33,338 nucleotides of DNA from Pseudomonadota bacterium. GTDB taxonomy: Bacteria; Bdellovibrionota_F; JAHFAK01; JBDREC01. Below, one piece after another: positions 1 through 9,000 of this stretch. Position numbers and translations under genes: made by a program. Every line of letters starts with the position of its first letter. The first letter of the stretch is position 1. Below the pieces are notes generated by a model, which did no database searches, was not told where the DNA came from, and saw only the letters and a program-made list of their open reading frames with translations. The stretch is from positions 186,001 to 219,338 of the forward strand of contig JBDREC010000090.1 in assembly GCA_043820105.1 (NCBI GenBank), read 5' to 3'.

Positions 1-230
1 GGTTCAGAAGTGTCACCCTTTTGCATATTCCACGCCATATCTTCAAATTCCTTAACCATTGCACCTTTGCCAAACCATCCAAGTGATCCACCTTCTTTAC
101 CTGATGGACAAAGAGAATTTTCCTTCGCTATATCTTCAAAACTTTTTCCACTATCTACATCAGTTTTTAATTGCTCGGCTTCTTCCTTAGTTTTTACAAG
201 CACGTGACATGCATTAACTTCATTGTACAT
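1..230 (-). CDS. ppiC: Parvulin-type peptidyl-prolyl cis-trans isomerase (3' end runs off the window; not in the ORF track)
   Basis: Manual translation from ATG 230: MYNEVNACHVLVKTKEEAEQLK...FEDIAKENSLCPSGKEGGSLGWFGKGAMVKEFE... Parvulin motifs H(V/I)LV, S-x-CPS, GG-x-LG-x-F, MV-x-x-FE. AGGAG RBS at 236-240. Confidence 0.93.
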   Translation of the reverse strand, partial: MYNEVNACHVLVKTKEEAEQLKTDVDSGKSFEDIAKENSLCPSGKEGGSLGWFGKGAMVKEFEDMAWNMQKGDTSE

Positions 231-253
231 AAGTACTCCTTTCTTAGTTTATT

Positions 254-288
254 AGCTGTAGGCTGTAAGCTATCAGCTATCAGCCCTA
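254..288. repeat. Degenerate heptamer tandem array upstream of ppiC
   Basis: AGCTGTA GGCTGTA AGCTATC AGCTATC AGCCCTA. Confidence 0.75.
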
Positions 289-362
289 AGCAGGAATTTG
301 TTAGGATAATAATTAAAAAGCAAATTGCAAACATAAAAAGTAAATCAAAAGGTTCTTAATCA

Positions 363-391
363 TTGCAAAACCGCTTGGCATTTCCTACTAT
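363..391 (+). promoter_or_regulatory. Putative sigma70 promoter of the hemolysin III gene
   Basis: TTGCAA-N17-TACTAT. Confidence 0.45.
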
Positions 392-425
392 TTCAATAAT
401 TAAATAATTTTTCAGGCATTGCAAA

Positions 426-1067
426 ATGAAACTAAAACTTCAGACTACCTTTGAAGAAATTCCTAATTCTGTAATTCATGGCATAGGTTTTTTGCTTTCC
501 ATTGCTGCCCTAGTTTTAATGGTGGTGTTTTCTGTTAAGAATGGCAATGCCTGGCATGTTGTAAGCTCAAGTATTTTTGGCAGTACTTTAATAATTTTAT
601 ATTTATCTTCAACTTTATATCATGCTTTTTTCCATAAAAAAACAAAAGCAGTTTTTAGATTAATGGATCATATTGTTATCTATTTGTTGATTGCAGGGAC
701 CTATACACCTTTTGCTCTTTGTGTGATTCAAGGAGGCTTTGGCTGGACTCTATTTGGCCTTGAATGGGGACTTGCAATAATTGGAATTGTTTTTAAAAGT
801 ATTACAAAATACAAATATGATTTTTATGCAACCCTTGGTTATGCGTTAATGGGATGGCTTGTAATAATAGCAATTGGACCACTGTTTATTAATTTGTCAT
901 TTATGGGTATATTATGGCTCGTATTAGGTGGTTTAAGCTATACAATTGGCATAATCTTTTATTTTTTTGATACAAAAGTAAAATATTTTCATTTTTATTG
1001 GCATGTATTTGTTCTAGGTGGCTCGATTTGTCACTTCTTTGCTTTCTTTTTTCATGTTATACCATAA
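426..1067 (+). CDS. Hemolysin III / PAQR family membrane protein (TrhA/YqfA-like)
   Basis: EE-x-x-N-x-x-x-HG, SSTLYH, DH-x-x-IYLLIAGTYTP and H-x-x-WH-x-FV motifs; about 7 TM helices. Confidence 0.95.
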   Translation: MKLKLQTTFEEIPNSVIHGIGFLLSIAALVLMVVFSVKNGNAWHVVSSSIFGSTLIILYLSSTLYHAFFHKKTKAVFRLMDHIVIYLLIAGTYTPFALCVIQGGFGWTLFGLEWGLAIIGIVFKSITKYKYDFYATLGYALMGWLVIIAIGPLFINLSFMGILWLVLGGLSYTIGIIFYFFDTKVKYFHFYWHVFVLGGSICHFFAFFFHVIP

Positions 1068-1085
1068 AATTATTGAGGTGTTTTT

Positions 1086-1826
1086 ATGTCGGAAAAAAAT
1101 AAAAAGGTTTTTATTGTTAATGGGAGTCACAAGGGAAGAAAAGGAAATACTCATGTGCTTGTTGAGGCTTTTATTAAGGGAATAAAAAAAGCTAATGCCC
1201 AATTTGAATATATTGTTTTAAATGAATTAAAAATTGAAAGCTGTAAAGCCTGTTTTTACTGCTGGAGAAAGACAAAGGGCTTGTGCTGCATTAATGATGA
1301 TATGAAAACTTTAATTGAAAAGTTTATTGCTTCGGATTTTGTTGTGCTGGCTAGCCCTCTTTATATTGATAATGTTTCTGCTTTAATGAAGAATTTTATG
1401 GATAGACTGGTTCCCATTTTAGATCCACGTTTTGAGCTTGATGAGAATAATGAATCATTGCATAAAAAAAGATATTCAAAGTATCCAGACTTAATTGCCA
1501 TATCAAATTGTGGATATCCAGAGCAATCTCACTTTCAAGCTATTTCATTGTTATTTAAAAGAATGACTAGAAATATGCATTGTAAGCTAATAGCAGAAAT
1601 ATATAAAGAACAAGGTTCTTTATTGAAAGTAGATAGGCCTTTACATAATCCAAATGTAGATAGTTATTTAAGTGCTGTGGAAGAAGCGGCTCATGAAATA
1701 ATGAAACATATTTTCATAAGTAGTGAAACTAAAAAAAAATTATCCATATCTTTATCAGCTAAAGAAGACTACCTTAAAGAAGCAAATGAATTTTGGGAAA
1801 AAGCATTGAAAAAAATTGAGACCTAA
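1086..1826 (+). CDS. Flavodoxin-fold iron-sulfur flavoprotein / NADPH-dependent FMN reductase family
   Basis: NGS-x4-GNT FMN loop, CKACFYCW...C-x-INDDM Fe-S motif, LASPLY...MKNFMDR. Confidence 0.9.
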   Translation: MSEKNKKVFIVNGSHKGRKGNTHVLVEAFIKGIKKANAQFEYIVLNELKIESCKACFYCWRKTKGLCCINDDMKTLIEKFIASDFVVLASPLYIDNVSALMKNFMDRLVPILDPRFELDENNESLHKKRYSKYPDLIAISNCGYPEQSHFQAISLLFKRMTRNMHCKLIAEIYKEQGSLLKVDRPLHNPNVDSYLSAVEEAAHEIMKHIFISSETKKKLSISLSAKEDYLKEANEFWEKALKKIET

Positions 1827-2194
1827 ACTCCCTTTTTGTTGCCGCAATGCAATAAAACTTCCAGCTTTAACATAAAATAGATTTTGGGCAGCCTGTAAGG
1901 GGCTGGAATTATAGTTTATTGTTGCGTGGTGTTTTTGGCTTCTAATTTGCAGAAAACCTCATTTAACTTTGATTATGCTAAGGGATGGGATAAACATGAA
2001 TTATTTTATTAAGGCTCACTTTATTTTTTTTACGCTTGCAAGTCCGACTTCTGTTATTATTCAATTTCCTGATACAAAGGATTTTTTTATTATTTAAAAA
2101 ATAATACTGCATCTTGTGTTTAATAAAGAATTGTTATATAATTAAGTCATTGGATATTAATACATCCTTTTTTCACTGAGGAGGGGTCTAAAAG

Positions 2195-2812
2195 ATGAAA
2201 AGACTATTAATTATTATCACGTCTTGTGTTTTATTTTTCAATCTTAGTTTGTTTGCCACAAAAGTTGAAGTTAAGCCTGCAATACTTCATTTAAGCACTG
2301 CAGAGGAATTATTAACAGCTACAATGGAAATTAGACGTGCTGGGCTTTCTGATCTAACAAATAATCCAAGTATTTATTTTAAATATTTTGAATTGCTTGA
2401 ACGTTTAACTAAAGAAAAAGTACCTGAAGACAGGTTCAAAGCAAGTACAAAAAGTCAAAATACAAGTGAAAATTCAATTTTTAAACAAGCCCGAGATGAA
2501 TTGAAAGCTCAAATTCAAGATTTTCAAGCGGTTTATATTGATTTTGCTAATAAAATGGGTGTTAACGGACTTTCGTATCCCTTATTAGAAGAAGATGACT
2601 TTATAAAATCTTTAATGTTTCTAGATCAACTAGACTCAGAGCAAATAACAAAACTATACTTCATCTTTTCATTATTTCTATTTATTCCTCCAGACTTAGC
2701 TTTTGATGAAACTAAAGCTTTTCTTTATAATCTTTCAGCTGTTAGTGAAACTGGTTTATTTACCCTATCTATTAATTTTGCTTTAGCTGAATTAAGGTCT
2801 AAACTTAAATAA
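2195..2812 (+). CDS. Hypothetical exported protein
   Basis: GAGGAGG RBS; Sec-type signal peptide MKRLLIIITSCVLFFNLSLFA; no recognisable domain. Confidence 0.75.
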   Translation: MKRLLIIITSCVLFFNLSLFATKVEVKPAILHLSTAEELLTATMEIRRAGLSDLTNNPSIYFKYFELLERLTKEKVPEDRFKASTKSQNTSENSIFKQARDELKAQIQDFQAVYIDFANKMGVNGLSYPLLEEDDFIKSLMFLDQLDSEQITKLYFIFSLFLFIPPDLAFDETKAFLYNLSAVSETGLFTLSINFALAELRSKLK

Positions 2813-2875
2813 TTTTCTTTAAATAATTTCCTTTATATAATATAAAGTCACAAAAAGTTGATAAAGGTATAATTT

Positions 2876-3943
2876 ATGCAAAATCTAAGATTGCCAGCTA
2901 TTTATTTCGCTACGTTTTTTGTATTTGTTATGTATTTATTATGGCTAATGTTAAAGCCATATTCAGGAGCTTTAATTTTTGCTTGTATACTTGCTGGTAG
3001 TTTTTATCCTTTCTTTTTGAAGTTAAATAAATTACCAAAAATGAGAAAATCATGGGCAGCAGCATTAATGTGTCTGTTTATTATTTTAATTATTTTTATT
3101 CCTTTAATTTATTTAGCCTTTGCTTTGTCCAAAGAATCTATGGCTCTTTATTCAACAGTCAAAGCAGGTCTTAATGATGATGTTATTAATGCCTTTTTAT
3201 TTGGAGATGGTTTTTTTGCTCGATTATTAGGAAAAATCAGCTCTCTTTTTAATTTTGAACTTAACTTAGAAACTATCAAAGAATCAATTTTAACATATTC
3301 ACAAGATTTTTCAGCTTATTTAATAAATTTTTTCAACAAGTGGCTTGGAAATATTTTATCACTTTTTTTTAGTTTCTTTATAATGATTTTGTTAATTTTC
3401 GCAATTTTTCTTAATGGTGATAGTTTAAAAAAATACTTGCTAAAACTTTCTCCATTACCTGATGATCAAGAAGAATTAATTATTAAAAAATTCAATCAAA
3501 TGAATTTTGTAACCTTAATTTGCAATGGTCTTGGTGGATTAATTCAAGGTTTATTAGCAGGCTTTGCTTTTTTGCTTGCAGGATTTTCTTCAGTTGTCTT
3601 GTGGACAACAATGATGGTTGTTTTAGCCTTTATTCCCCTTATTGGAATCTCAGTTATTTATATACCAGCTTGTATTTATTTATTTATTAAAGGAAAAATA
3701 ATAAGTTCTGTTTTATTGTTTATTTACTGTACCGCTGTTGCCTTGCTGACAGAAAATTGGTTTAAGCCAAAGTTTATTGGAAAGCGCATAAAAATTAATT
3801 CGATTTTTGTCTTATTACTTATTATTGGGGGAATGTCTGCTTTTGGAATGGCTGGAATTTTTTATGGGCCAATTATTGGAATAATATTTCTAACTTTAGT
3901 TGAATTGTATCATCAGTATTATTCATCATCATCTTCTGTTTGA
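2876..3943 (+). CDS. AI-2E family transporter
   Basis: Multi-TM protein with LAFIPLIG, EN-x-x-KPKFIG and GG-x3-FG-x-x-GIFYGP motifs. Confidence 0.93.
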   Translation: MQNLRLPAIYFATFFVFVMYLLWLMLKPYSGALIFACILAGSFYPFFLKLNKLPKMRKSWAAALMCLFIILIIFIPLIYLAFALSKESMALYSTVKAGLNDDVINAFLFGDGFFARLLGKISSLFNFELNLETIKESILTYSQDFSAYLINFFNKWLGNILSLFFSFFIMILLIFAIFLNGDSLKKYLLKLSPLPDDQEELIIKKFNQMNFVTLICNGLGGLIQGLLAGFAFLLAGFSSVVLWTTMMVVLAFIPLIGISVIYIPACIYLFIKGKIISSVLLFIYCTAVALLTENWFKPKFIGKRIKINSIFVLLLIIGGMSAFGMAGIFYGPIIGIIFLTLVELYHQYYSSSSSV

Positions 3944-3964
3944 GAAATATTTAATAGAAAAAGA

Positions 3965-3999
3965 AAAGGCGGAAAATGCAAGTAGCATTTTCCGCCTTT
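3965..3999. terminator. Bidirectional intrinsic terminator
   Basis: Perfect 15-bp stem AAAGGCGGAAAATGC-aagta-GCATTTTCCGCCTTT between convergent genes. Confidence 0.85.
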
Positions 4000-4025
4000 A
4001 TACTTTCAGTAATTGTCTTTAATTG

Positions 4026-4322
4026 TTAGCGGCCATATCTATTTCCACCGAAACCGCCGCGACCTCTGGTTTTATTTTGAGGTTTCGCTTCTGATACTTT
4101 AATTTCACGACCATCTAATTCTGAGCCGTTAATTTTTTCAATAGCATCAGCGGCTTCCTGGCTACTTGACATTTCAACAAAACCAAAGCCTTTGCTTCTT
4201 CCTGAATCACGGTCAGTTATAACCTTTGCAGATTCAACTGTTCCGCATTGTGCGAAGTGTTCACCAAGTGATTCATCTGTTACTGAGTAAGGTAGGTTCC
4301 CTACATAAAGCTTGTTACCCAT
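4026..4322 (-). CDS. Single-RRM RNA-binding protein with Gly/Arg tail (start corrected to ATG 4322)
   Basis: RNP2 KLYVGNL, RNP1 KGFGFVEM, RGG tail; AGGAG RBS at 4330-4334. Confidence 0.95.
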   Translation of the reverse strand: MGNKLYVGNLPYSVTDESLGEHFAQCGTVESAKVITDRDSGRSKGFGFVEMSSSQEAADAIEKINGSELDGREIKVSEAKPQNKTRGRGGFGGNRYGR

Positions 4323-4537
4323 AAAAAAACTCCTAATAAAAATCAGCAAAAAGGCTTTTGATTTTATTAAGCACTTTCTGCTTAAAATAAATAATGCTCC
4401 CGCTTCATATATCAAAGAATTAATAAATTCAACAATAATCGTACAAAAAACTTGTTTTTCTTGCTTGACCTTTGACAGATTGCGTATAATAAGCAAATTC
4501 TGTAATATCAGTATTTAATCAGCATTGGAGGCTTTTT

Positions 4538-4963
4538 ATGAAGAAAATAGTATGTTTAGTATTCATAATTATTATTTTTGTAGCAGCTAATATCTTGGCC
4601 AAATGTGAAAAAGAAGCTATTTTTAACCTTCTGGACGCAAAAAAGGTTTTTCTGACAGGGGAGAGGAATGAAATTAAAAAAATGGTTCTGGAATGTCGTG
4701 GAAATGAATATGATGGAGCCTGGCTTGGATACAGTTTTGATGTTGAAATTAAATTAAGATTACTCGGCATTTGTTTTCACCCACAGGGCATGACAGATGA
4801 TGACAACTGTTTTCTCGGAGAAGTGCACGCTGCAGAAAATGAAAGCTTATTTGACAAATATTGTAAATATAATCCCGCAGCCGCAGATCTTTGTGCAAGA
4901 TTTTCAGAAAGTATGGAAGAAGGTGAAGCAAATTTTCCAGCCCCAATTTCTCCTGCTGAATAG
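4538..4963 (+). CDS. Hypothetical exported Cys-containing protein
   Basis: GGAGG RBS; signal peptide MKKIVCLVFIIIIFVAANILA; several Cys in the mature part. Confidence 0.7.
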   Translation: MKKIVCLVFIIIIFVAANILAKCEKEAIFNLLDAKKVFLTGERNEIKKMVLECRGNEYDGAWLGYSFDVEIKLRLLGICFHPQGMTDDDNCFLGEVHAAENESLFDKYCKYNPAAADLCARFSESMEEGEANFPAPISPAE

Positions 4964-5052
4964 CGATTGTACCAATTTTATAGAATATAATTGAAAAATA
5001 AATCTTAATTTGATAAACTTCATACTTCTTTTTAATAATGGAGGAAGTATTT

Positions 5053-6069
5053 ATGCAGAAACAATTCTTTTCAATCATTTCTATTCTTTTTCTTTTAAGC
5101 TTTTTATTCGCAATAAGCTCATGTAATTTAGATGATATGTTTGGTGGTGGTGATGACTCAGGCCAGGAAGAGGGTGATGGTCAGGGAGATGAGACAGCTG
5201 AAGATGGCGGAGATGATGCAGAAGAAAATCCATGTTTAAATGACGGAGTCTATGATGAAGCTTTGGCAGTTTGTAATTGTGTAAGTGGATATTCAGGTGA
5301 TTTGTGTGACACTGAGCCAGCTGCTTGCTGGAGACCATCAATTACTTTCAGCGTAACAGGCATGGAAGCAGGTCCCGCTGCGCTAGCTTACTGGATGTTT
5401 GACACTGACGAAACACCTTATTCAGAAGATGGTGGTATAGTTTCCAATTATGCCTATGTAGCTATGCAGATGAATGAGGATGGACATGGAGATGGCTCCT
5501 GTCCAGGTAATGCAGATGATGGTAGCGGTGAGCAGACTGTAATTACAGCCCTATCAGAAGACCTTGATGTTATTGATGGTGTTGAGAATATCACGATGTC
5601 TTTTTCACAGCTTGCATTGGAATCCTATGATCATTTTAATGTAAATGGCGATGTTAATTGGATGACACTTGGTGAGGCTGGTGATCGCAGAACCTACTCT
5701 GGTGGAGTTGGAGATATCTATGAAAATGGGGAGCTTGTTTTAAAAATAACTGATATGGAGCTCTATATAGCTGTAATTTATCCGACTCCGCTTGGACCTG
5801 GCGGGGATACTGGTATGGCTTATGGAATAGGACTTGGCGTAATTGACACTGAAAATAGTAATGAAGACTGGGTCACTCAATTTAGTCGAAATGAAGCCAA
5901 TCAGGTTGAGTTCCTTTTTGGTTCCATGTCTCCGGTTATTCAGCTTTGCTATGGAACCTTTGATGTATCCGAGCTTATTTTTAGGCCAGTTACCGATGAA
6001 GCAACTTGTGATGATCTAACTCTAGATACTGATGAAGATGGCCTAATAGATTTATTCGACCAAGAATAA
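5053..6069 (+). CDS. Acidic lipoprotein with an EGF-like domain and a C-terminal Ca-binding-like motif
   Basis: GGAGG before ATG 5053; lipobox ISSC; NPCLNDG...CNCVSGYSGDLC (EGF-like C-x-C-x2-GY-x-G-x2-C); C-terminal DTDEDGLID. Confidence 0.75.
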   Translation: MQKQFFSIISILFLLSFLFAISSCNLDDMFGGGDDSGQEEGDGQGDETAEDGGDDAEENPCLNDGVYDEALAVCNCVSGYSGDLCDTEPAACWRPSITFSVTGMEAGPAALAYWMFDTDETPYSEDGGIVSNYAYVAMQMNEDGHGDGSCPGNADDGSGEQTVITALSEDLDVIDGVENITMSFSQLALESYDHFNVNGDVNWMTLGEAGDRRTYSGGVGDIYENGELVLKITDMELYIAVIYPTPLGPGGDTGMAYGIGLGVIDTENSNEDWVTQFSRNEANQVEFLFGSMSPVIQLCYGTFDVSELIFRPVTDEATCDDLTLDTDEDGLIDLFDQE

Positions 6070-6071
6070 AT

Positions 6072-6095
6072 CCTTGTTCCCCTGCTCTCTTGTTC
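6072..6095. repeat. Octamer tandem array just after the activase stop codon
   Basis: CCTTGTTC CCCTGCTC TCTTGTTC. Confidence 0.55.
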
Positions 6096-6096
6096 C

Positions 6097-9000
6097 CTAA
6101 ACCGAAACTGTCCTTGAAAACAAATCAAACCTTTTTGGCTTTGGCGGCACTTTATTTTCATTAAACACTTTTACCTGATGAACAAAGGCTTCAAGTTTTG
6201 TGTTAATTGTTGTGGATGGATTTAGTGTATAAATTAATGTACTAATTGGAATATTATCAAAATCATTTCTTATTTTATCAATAATGGTTGAAGAAATCAT
6301 TCCAAACATGCAGTTAAAGCACATAGCATTTATAATGCCATCTGCTCCTCTTTTCGCAAAATCAATAATCTTAGCTATGTTTAATACTAAGACTTCATTT
6401 GCATCCTTTGAAAGATATGGTGCTACCAGCTTAATGACTTCATCTGGATCTGGTTCATGATAAGATGGAAGTAAGGCATTAAAGTTTCTGGATACTCTCC
6501 ATTTTCCAAAGTTTTTAAGTAAAACCAAAGCAGATGTTCTGAAAAAATCTTGAAAGTTTCCAGAAAACAAGTCTTCTTCCATGTTTTTTCTAAAACCAAA
6601 ATCAACAATATCCACCATAAAAGGGGAAGGCCAGGCTTGGCAACCTAACTTTTCAATTTGCTTGAAAAGATTTTGGTTGGCTTGAGCGTTGACTCTGGTG
6701 TATACATCTCCGGCTATTCCAATGATGGGCCTTTTTTTGTCTTTTAATATTTCGATGGAATCAAGGCGTTTAACACAGACTTCTATTGCTTCATGGAGAG
6801 TGTCTAAAGCAAGGCCTGCTTCAATGTCTTTTAGATTCAATCTATGCGCCCTGTCAACAGAACCTGCAATAAGCTCATATGGGCGTAACTCACAAACTGT
6901 TTTTATTAAAAGATCAATGGTTATGAACGCTTCCCAAAGCCTTTTTCCGCCGGCTATTCCAAATAATTCTTTTTGCCGGTCAAAATTTAAATCAGCTATC
7001 TTGATATTGTTTATACCTAAATTGTTTAATAGTAAATGCTGGCTTTGTCCATATTGTTGAAGCATGCAAGGAATTTTTGTGCCTGGAAAAAAGAAGATAG
7101 CCTCATCCTTTTTATGCATATTTACAACTTTCATTAAATCTCCAGTAATCATTGGATAGGCATGACACTCTTTTCCCGTCGAATGTTTTTCTCCAAGCCT
7201 AATAGTTTCAGCATCAGGAACAGGTAAGATATGAGCTTCAATTCCAAAAGATCTTAATAGGCCAGAAAAAGCAAAAGCATGATCAGAGAAATAAGGTATA
7301 TAAACTGGCTTTTGCCTAAACTGCTTTATTATTGTATTATCTTCTTTTAAACAAGGAATAGATTTATTTGAAACTTTTTCTTTGTCCATTTCTATTTCAT
7401 CAATAAAGGCTTCTAGTCTTGTAATAAGGCCTGCTTCATGTCTATGTTCATCAAACTCTAAAAAAAGATTATGAGTTTTTTCTACAAGTTTCATAAGGTG
7501 TTTATACGTAAAGGCGTCTGGACCACAACCGAAATTAGAAACTATAATTGGATACATCTCGTTCTCTATTGCATAAATAGTCGCCTTGATAAGATCTCTA
7601 TTAAACTTCCAAGGAATACTATGATAGTTATCTGTTAAATTAATATTTCCAAATGGTACCATTTGCATAGGAATAGCTGTATGCCCTAATTTTTGTATAT
7701 GGGAAACTAAGTTCAAATTGCAAAAAGCATCCATAACATTATATGGTTTTCCTATGATAAGGAATTTATGTTTTTTATTTTCAGTTTTTATGTGATCTTT
7801 ATATAGGTCTATCAATTTAGAATTATAATCAGAGTATTCTGCTTTGGCTTTTTTAAAAGCCTCTTTGATTTCTGATCTTTCAAGGGGAACATCAGTTAAT
7901 GTTTCCATCATTTTTTCTGTAAAAGTTTCATCATCTGAAATAAAGGATAAAGATGGCATTAAAAATGGTTTCTTTGAAATGTTTTTTGTCATAAAAGGCA
8001 CAGAATGAGCATATGGACAAGTTGCCCACTTGCTATTGGCAAAATCATTATCTGTAAAATCAAGAATGTTTGGAATAAAAATATAATCAATATCTTCTTT
8101 ATCAAGGATTGCTACGTGTCCAAAAGTAACTTTTATTGGCAGACAAACTTCTGCTGGCAAGACTTTATTAGCTGCTTCTAAAATTTTCATGTTTGTTGAT
8201 GGAGAAACTACAACTTCAAAGCCAAGGGAATTAAAAAAAGTATACCAGAATGGGAAAAAGTCGTGAAATAGGGAAGAATTAGGAATGCCTATTCTAAGTT
8301 TCCAGGGATTTTCTTTTGTTTTTATATTTTGTGAACAGCATATCTTTTTTATTAAATCAGTTCTAAGGTCTAGTAAATTTTTATCTGATTTGTTGCTCAT
8401 AGCTTTTTGGGAAGTAAATTTTTCACAAATATCACCAAAAAAAGAAACAGTATCACCAATTTTAATTTTACTAACATCACAATTATTAGTGCAGGCTTTA
8501 CATTCAAAAGTTTCCATGGAATAGTCTTTTATACATTCAAAACCCTTAAATACTGATTTCGCTTTTACTTCATTAATTGCAATATAAGCTGCTCCTAAAG
8601 CTCCTGAAATTCTATTATATGGGTGGATTTTAATTTCTTTACCTAGAATCTTTGAACAAGCTTTAACAACCGCTCCGTTGCTAGCGACCCCACCCTGGAA
8701 GATGATATTATTGCCAACTTTGTTTTCATCAGCTACTTTTTCAAGATAATTGTGTGCAACGGAATATGCAATGGATGCACAAATATCTTCAGTTTTAACA
8801 CCATTATGTTTAGCATTAAGGATTTCAGTTTCCATAAAAACAGTGCAGTTGCTACCAAGGTCTATTGGCTTTTGGCTTAATTCAGCTAGTTTTGAAAAAT
8901 CATTTTTGACATCAAGCCCAAGATATTCGCACTGTTCCTCAATGAAAGAACCTGTACCAGCTGCGCAAATTTTGTTCATAGTAAAATCTTTAATCTTACC

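Noticed and set aside
10-359. ORF-track ORFs 10..207 and 171..359 (+)
   Set aside because: They are antisense shadows of ppiC and its upstream repeat region.
426-1067. Hemolysin III as a virulence toxin
   Set aside because: This is a widespread PAQR-family membrane protein and not evidence of pathogenicity.
1859-1926. Integron attC site
   Set aside because: No clean RYYYAAC/GTTRRRY box pairing, no integrase and no cassette array.
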